From: Parcubacteria group bacterium
GTDB taxonomy: Bacteria > Patescibacteriota > Patescibacteriia > Magasanikbacterales > GCA-002688135
Assembly: GCA_002688135.1 (NCBI GenBank)
Contig: NZCD01000031.1
Coordinates: 4,544-68,543 of the forward strand
Length of the DNA: 64,000 bases
Direction: 5' to 3'
A program made the position numbers and the translations under genes. This document shows, piece by piece, positions 60,445 through 64,000 of the stretch. Positions within the stretch are counted from its first letter, which is position 1. Each line of letters begins with the position of its first letter. Under the pieces are notes generated by a model. It did no database searches. It was not told the DNA's origin and was given only the letters and a program-made list of their open reading frames with translations.

Positions 60445-61602
60445 ATGACCTTAGAAGGAGTCACTACGAAAGTAGCAGATAGAACAAAGAGTGTTTCTTT
60501 GGTGAAAGATTGGATTCTACATTCCGGAATCCAAAACCAAAGCGAAAATAAAAAATTACACGGTGCATTTAATGCGTGGCATGACATCACAAACAACACC
60601 TATCCATACATGTATTCAGAAATCACAGGATATGGATTATCAACTCTCGCGCACATCGCAGCAGAATTTGGTGATAATGAATTGATCAGACAAAAAATTA
60701 CAGATGCGCATGTGTGGCTGCGGGATGTTGCATTGCATGAAAGTGGAGGAGTGAGAACACGAGATTACTATCCCGGAAGCTCTGCATACAACGAACACTT
60801 CGATTTCAAAAATGAAACACTCTATACATTCGATACCGGAATGGTATTGAATGGATTGATGTCAGCATACAATCTAACAAAAGACGAAACACTTTTAGAG
60901 ACGGCAAAAAAGAATGCAGACTTTCTGCTAAAAGCACAAAAAGAAGATGGATCAATCTACGCATATTGGGAAGCTCATAAAGATGAATGGGTAGACAGAC
61001 CAGAAAAATGGTCGTCACAAAGCGGGGCTTATCATGCAAAATGTGCTATCGGATTATATGCATTGGGGAAAGTTGCAGAAAACAAAAGCTGCATAGAAGC
61101 AGCGCTGAAGCTGTGTGAATACGCACTTACACTCCAACATGAAGACGGACGATTCGTTTCATTCCGCGAAACAACAAACACAGAGCTTCATCCACACACA
61201 TACACAATTGAGGGATTGATGTATGTTGCGCAGCAAGAAAATAATCAAAAATACAAAGAGGCTTGTAATCGAGCAATAGAATGGAGTTTCACCTTGCAGC
61301 GATCCAAAGGTGGAGTATCAAGGAGTGTGCACAATAACACTCCAAACGATAATGAAAGGGTAGACGTACTCGCACAAACACTGCGGATGGGAGCTGTCTT
61401 AAATCAATCAGAAGAAAAGCTTCAAAAACTAGAAAAGCAATTATCCTCATACCAAACAGAGGGCTTCATATACGGTTTTGATAATGATGGAAACAAGTTA
61501 TCTCACACAAATGCATGGGTTTCAATGTTCGCCATTCAGGCATTTTCATGCAGAAAAACGCAGGAAAAAGGCGAAAAAATCGATCTGATCAATCTCATCT
61601 AA
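60445..61602 (+). CDS. Alpha/alpha-toroid protein (six-hairpin glycosidase/epimerase-like) of polysaccharide loci
   Basis: YSEITGY, YTFDTG, repeated Q..DG motifs, HPHTYTIEGL, NAWVSMFA. Confidence 0.6.
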   Translation: MTLEGVTTKVADRTKSVSLVKDWILHSGIQNQSENKKLHGAFNAWHDITNNTYPYMYSEITGYGLSTLAHIAAEFGDNELIRQKITDAHVWLRDVALHESGGVRTRDYYPGSSAYNEHFDFKNETLYTFDTGMVLNGLMSAYNLTKDETLLETAKKNADFLLKAQKEDGSIYAYWEAHKDEWVDRPEKWSSQSGAYHAKCAIGLYALGKVAENKSCIEAALKLCEYALTLQHEDGRFVSFRETTNTELHPHTYTIEGLMYVAQQENNQKYKEACNRAIEWSFTLQRSKGGVSRSVHNNTPNDNERVDVLAQTLRMGAVLNQSEEKLQKLEKQLSSYQTEGFIYGFDNDGNKLSHTNAWVSMFAIQAFSCRKTQEKGEKIDLINLI

Positions 61603-61627
61603 CGAGAGGTATCGCAACCTTCTTAAG

Positions 61628-61725
61628 TGTCATCCCAAGCGCTTATTCTAAAAAATATTTTTCTCTGGAGCCTGCCCTCGCGGATGCGGGGGAGGGATCC
61701 CTCGACTAAAACGCTCGGGATGACA
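61628..61725. repeat. Degenerate TGTC-tagged REP-like doublet
   Basis: tgtcatcccaagcg ... gggatccctcgactaaaacgctcgggatgaca; the right unit is close to the reverse complement of the 28807 unit. Confidence 0.75.
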
Positions 61726-61760
61726 GTTTCCGAATGCATTCAGGTATCCTCACAGCAACC

Positions 61761-61789
61761 TTGACAAAAGGCCGCAAAAAAAGTAGCAT
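61761..61789 (+). promoter_or_regulatory. Sigma70 promoter
   Basis: TTGACA-17 nt-TAGCAT. Confidence 0.6.
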
Positions 61790-61796
61790 AACCGAA

Positions 61797-61828
61797 ATAC
61801 TTGATACTTTATTCTTAATACTTGATAC
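61797..61828 (+). repeat. Solo heptamer array (right arm only) upstream of the start codon
   Basis: ttgatac/tttattc/ttaatac/ttgatac ending 7 nt before ATG 61836. Confidence 0.55.
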
Positions 61829-61835
61829 GTATTTC

Positions 61836-62579
61836 ATGTACAAAAATAAGCGATTTTTCGCGGTGATTCCAGCCAGAGGAGGATCAAAAGGAATACCTCG
61901 AAAAAACATCAAAGAGTGTGCTGGAAAGCCACTCATACAATGGACGATCGAAGCAGCAAAAAAATCTGCACTGCTCGATCGTTTTGTTGTTTCTACAGAT
62001 GATGAGGAGATTGGGAGAATTGCAACTGCGTGTGGCGCGGATATGCCGTTTGTACGACCAGAAGAATTATCTACAGATTCAGCCCGCGGAATCGATGTAG
62101 CAGCTCATGCGCTGCAATGGGCAAATGAAGAAAGTGGACCATATGATTATTGTCTCATCCTACAACCCACTTCGCCGCTTCGAAGCGTTGAAGACATTGA
62201 TGAATGCATACGCAAAGCAGTAGATACGAATGCGGATTCAGTGATGAGCATGTATGAAATTTCTGACATGTCGCCACGAAAGTTCAAGAGAATTGTGAAC
62301 GATAAAATTCTACCCATGGCAGCGGATGAAGGCGCAACAACTGCAGATCGACACGACAGCGAACCAATTTACAAACGAAATTGCGCGGTGTATCTCACGA
62401 AAGCAGAAGTAATGCTGCGCGGTGAATTGTTTGGCGATGACTCTCGTCCATACATCATGCCAGCAGACCGCTCAATCGACATTAACGAAACGTTGGATTT
62501 CAAGTTTGCCGAATTTCTGTTAAGCGAGCGGAGATCTAAGAAAGGTGCTGATCAACAGCAAGTAAAGAGTAAAGCGTAA
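61836..62579 (+). CDS. neuA: Acylneuraminate cytidylyltransferase (CMP-nonulosonic acid synthetase)
   Basis: Motifs IPARGGSKGIPRKNI, GKPLI, VSTDD, RPEELSTD, LQPTSPLR, SIDI. Confidence 0.9.
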   Translation: MYKNKRFFAVIPARGGSKGIPRKNIKECAGKPLIQWTIEAAKKSALLDRFVVSTDDEEIGRIATACGADMPFVRPEELSTDSARGIDVAAHALQWANEESGPYDYCLILQPTSPLRSVEDIDECIRKAVDTNADSVMSMYEISDMSPRKFKRIVNDKILPMAADEGATTADRHDSEPIYKRNCAVYLTKAEVMLRGELFGDDSRPYIMPADRSIDINETLDFKFAEFLLSERRSKKGADQQQVKSKA

Positions 62580-62653
62580 TGAGTAAAGCGGTCGGCGAAG
62601 CCGACAAAAAGCCGTAGGCTTTCCCTCATTACGCTTTACTCATTACGCGTCAC
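62562..62653 (+). repeat. Heptamer-array inverted repeat element F (near copy of D)
   Basis: gtaaaga/gtaaagc/gtaatga/gtaaagc-gtcggcgaagccgac-aaagccgtaggcttt-tcattac/gctttac/tcattac; contains stop TAA 62577-62579. Confidence 0.9.
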
Positions 62654-62660
62654 TAATTTT

Positions 62661-64000
62661 ATGAAAATAGTAATTACCGAGTCAAAAGACTACTCAAAGG
62701 AAGCAATCGATCTGTATGGTTCGATGGGCAATGTTGTGGTATGTAATAATCTCACACGTGCGGAATTTCTAAATATAACACAGGATGCAAAGCTTGTTGT
62801 GGTTCGTCTGGATCACACGCTAGATAGAGAATTTTTTGAAAATGCAAAAGAATTGAAAGCAATTGGAACGCCAACAACAGGTCTCGATCATATTGATAAA
62901 GATGCAGCAAAAAAACATGGAGTAAATATATATTCACTTCGTGGCGAACAAGCATACCTCGAATCAATTGCAGCAACGCCAGAGCACACTCTTGCACTCT
63001 TACTCTCTTTACTGCGAAGAGTACCAGCAGCACATAAACATGTGATGGAAGGTGGGTGGAACAGAAATTTATTTAAGGGGCATGAGATCAAAGGGTCAAC
63101 AATTGGTATTTACGGATTCGGAAGAGTCGCGCGATTATTCGCAAGTTATGTGCATAATATGGGAGCGAAAGTAACTGCTTTTGATCCCTATGTAGATAAA
63201 CGTGTGATGGAAGATCATGATGTTATGTGGGTTGAGCGAGATGAGCTTTTCAAGCAGAGCAATATTTTGATGATTCACGCACTACTTACACCACAAACCA
63301 AAAACTCAATTGGTGAAAAAGAATTAGCCTTACTTCCACAAGGAGCATTTATCGTAAATACAGCGAGAGGACAAATCATTGAGGAAAAAGCACTTGTTGA
63401 AAGATTGCATCTCAAGAGCATAGCGGGGATCGCAGTTGATGTGTTAGCAGACGAACGCGATGATGGAGATTGGTTCAAAACAAGCTTGTTACACGAATAT
63501 GCCAAGCATCACGAAAATGCTATCATTACGCCTCACATTGCAGGAGCAACATACGACTCAATGGAATCAACAGAAAATTTTATTGCCAAAAAATGCATCA
63601 GATTTATGACAGGTAAAAACACAGAACAGGACAATAAACACTTTGACGATAAATGGATGGAAGCAATCACAAAACGAAAGGGACAGGAATTTTCCCTGTA
63701 TGTACCTGAAGATGAGAAACCAAAAACACAAAGACAATTCAACTTGCATAACTATATGGAATTCATCGGAAAGCAAGTGAAGGGCAGGGGTTTTACATCA
63801 TCGCTTGAGCTCGGCGCAGGGCGCGGGACAATTTCGCTATATTTGAAAAAAAGATTTGGATTCGATGTCACACTTAACGATGTTTCAGATAATGCGATGG
63901 AACTCGCGCGTGCAAACTTTCAATACTTCAATGAATCAGCAGAATTTCAAGTTGGTGACGCTGCAACACTTCCATTTCCAGATAACTCTTTTGATGTTGT
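62661..64000 (+). CDS. D-isomer-specific 2-hydroxyacid dehydrogenase (SerA-like) fused to a class I SAM methyltransferase; truncated by the window end
   Basis: Manual translation: MKIVITE..., TTGLDHID, GIYGFGRV, VNTARG, TPHIAGAT, then in frame LELGAGRG, NDVS, GDAATLPFPDNSFDV. Missing from the ORF track because there is no stop in the window. Confidence 0.85.
   Translation, partial: MKIVITESKDYSKEAIDLYGSMGNVVVCNNLTRAEFLNITQDAKLVVVRLDHTLDREFFENAKELKAIGTPTTGLDHIDKDAAKKHGVNIYSLRGEQAYLESIAATPEHTLALLLSLLRRVPAAHKHVMEGGWNRNLFKGHEIKGSTIGIYGFGRVARLFASYVHNMGAKVTAFDPYVDKRVMEDHDVMWVERDELFKQSNILMIHALLTPQTKNSIGEKELALLPQGAFIVNTARGQIIEEKALVERLHLKSIAGIAVDVLADERDDGDWFKTSLLHEYAKHHENAIITPHIAGATYDSMESTENFIAKKCIRFMTGKNTEQDNKHFDDKWMEAITKRKGQEFSLYVPEDEKPKTQRQFNLHNYMEFIGKQVKGRGFTSSLELGAGRGTISLYLKKRFGFDVTLNDVSDNAMELARANFQYFNESAEFQVGDAATLPFPDNSFDV

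Noticed and set aside
17440-62653. CRISPR array interpretation of the short repeats
   Set aside because: There are no constant 23-47 nt direct repeats separated by unique spacers and no cas genes. The repeats are inverted arrays dispersed between genes.
26617-62653. Integron cassette array (attC sites)
   Set aside because: The hairpins lack consistent RYYYAAC/GTTRRRY ends, belong to several unrelated families, and there is no intI in the window.
1-64000. Alternative genetic code (TGA read-through, as in Gracilibacteria/Absconditabacteria)
   Set aside because: Long ORFs are intact under code 11, and TGA ends genes at family-typical positions (e.g. ATGA overlaps at 22162 and 54636).

Overview
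AT-rich bacterial window, most likely from a Patescibacteria/CPR genome (inference from the S-layer-like protein, the TPR-bearing O-antigen-ligase paralogs and the general lack of Shine-Dalgarno sites). It opens with the 3' part of a large Thr/Ser-rich S-layer-like gene and an Ig-like (Big_1) protein. Next come four O-antigen-ligase/oligosaccharyltransferase paralogs, interrupted by an oppositely oriented Cys-rich lipoprotein. From about 16.2 kb to the window end is a cell-surface glycan biosynthesis cluster: GT2, GT4 and GT-C glycosyltransferases, a Wzx flippase, NDP-sugar epimerases/dehydratases, AsnB, WecB, NeuC, NeuA, an MBOAT/SGNH pair, a deacetylase, a formyltransferase and at least seven SAM methyltransferase domains. 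The most unusual signal is non-coding. Most longer intergenic gaps in the cluster are filled, often from stop codon to next start codon, by palindromic elements of four kinds. (1) Inverted arrays of 7-nt repeats around a GCGAAGC-type mini-hairpin. (2) 135-160 nt imperfect hairpins of unrelated sequence that share a GANRA/GANRA 5x5 internal loop on the sense strand. (3) TGTC-tagged REP-like palindromes. (4) Nested composites in which type-3 cores are swapped inside a common TACAAATC shell. Some elements have been absorbed into coding sequence, including one at a gene-fusion junction that depends on an A9 tract. No transposase, integrase, Cas, rRNA or tRNA gene was seen. All calls are by eye from motifs; no database searches were run.
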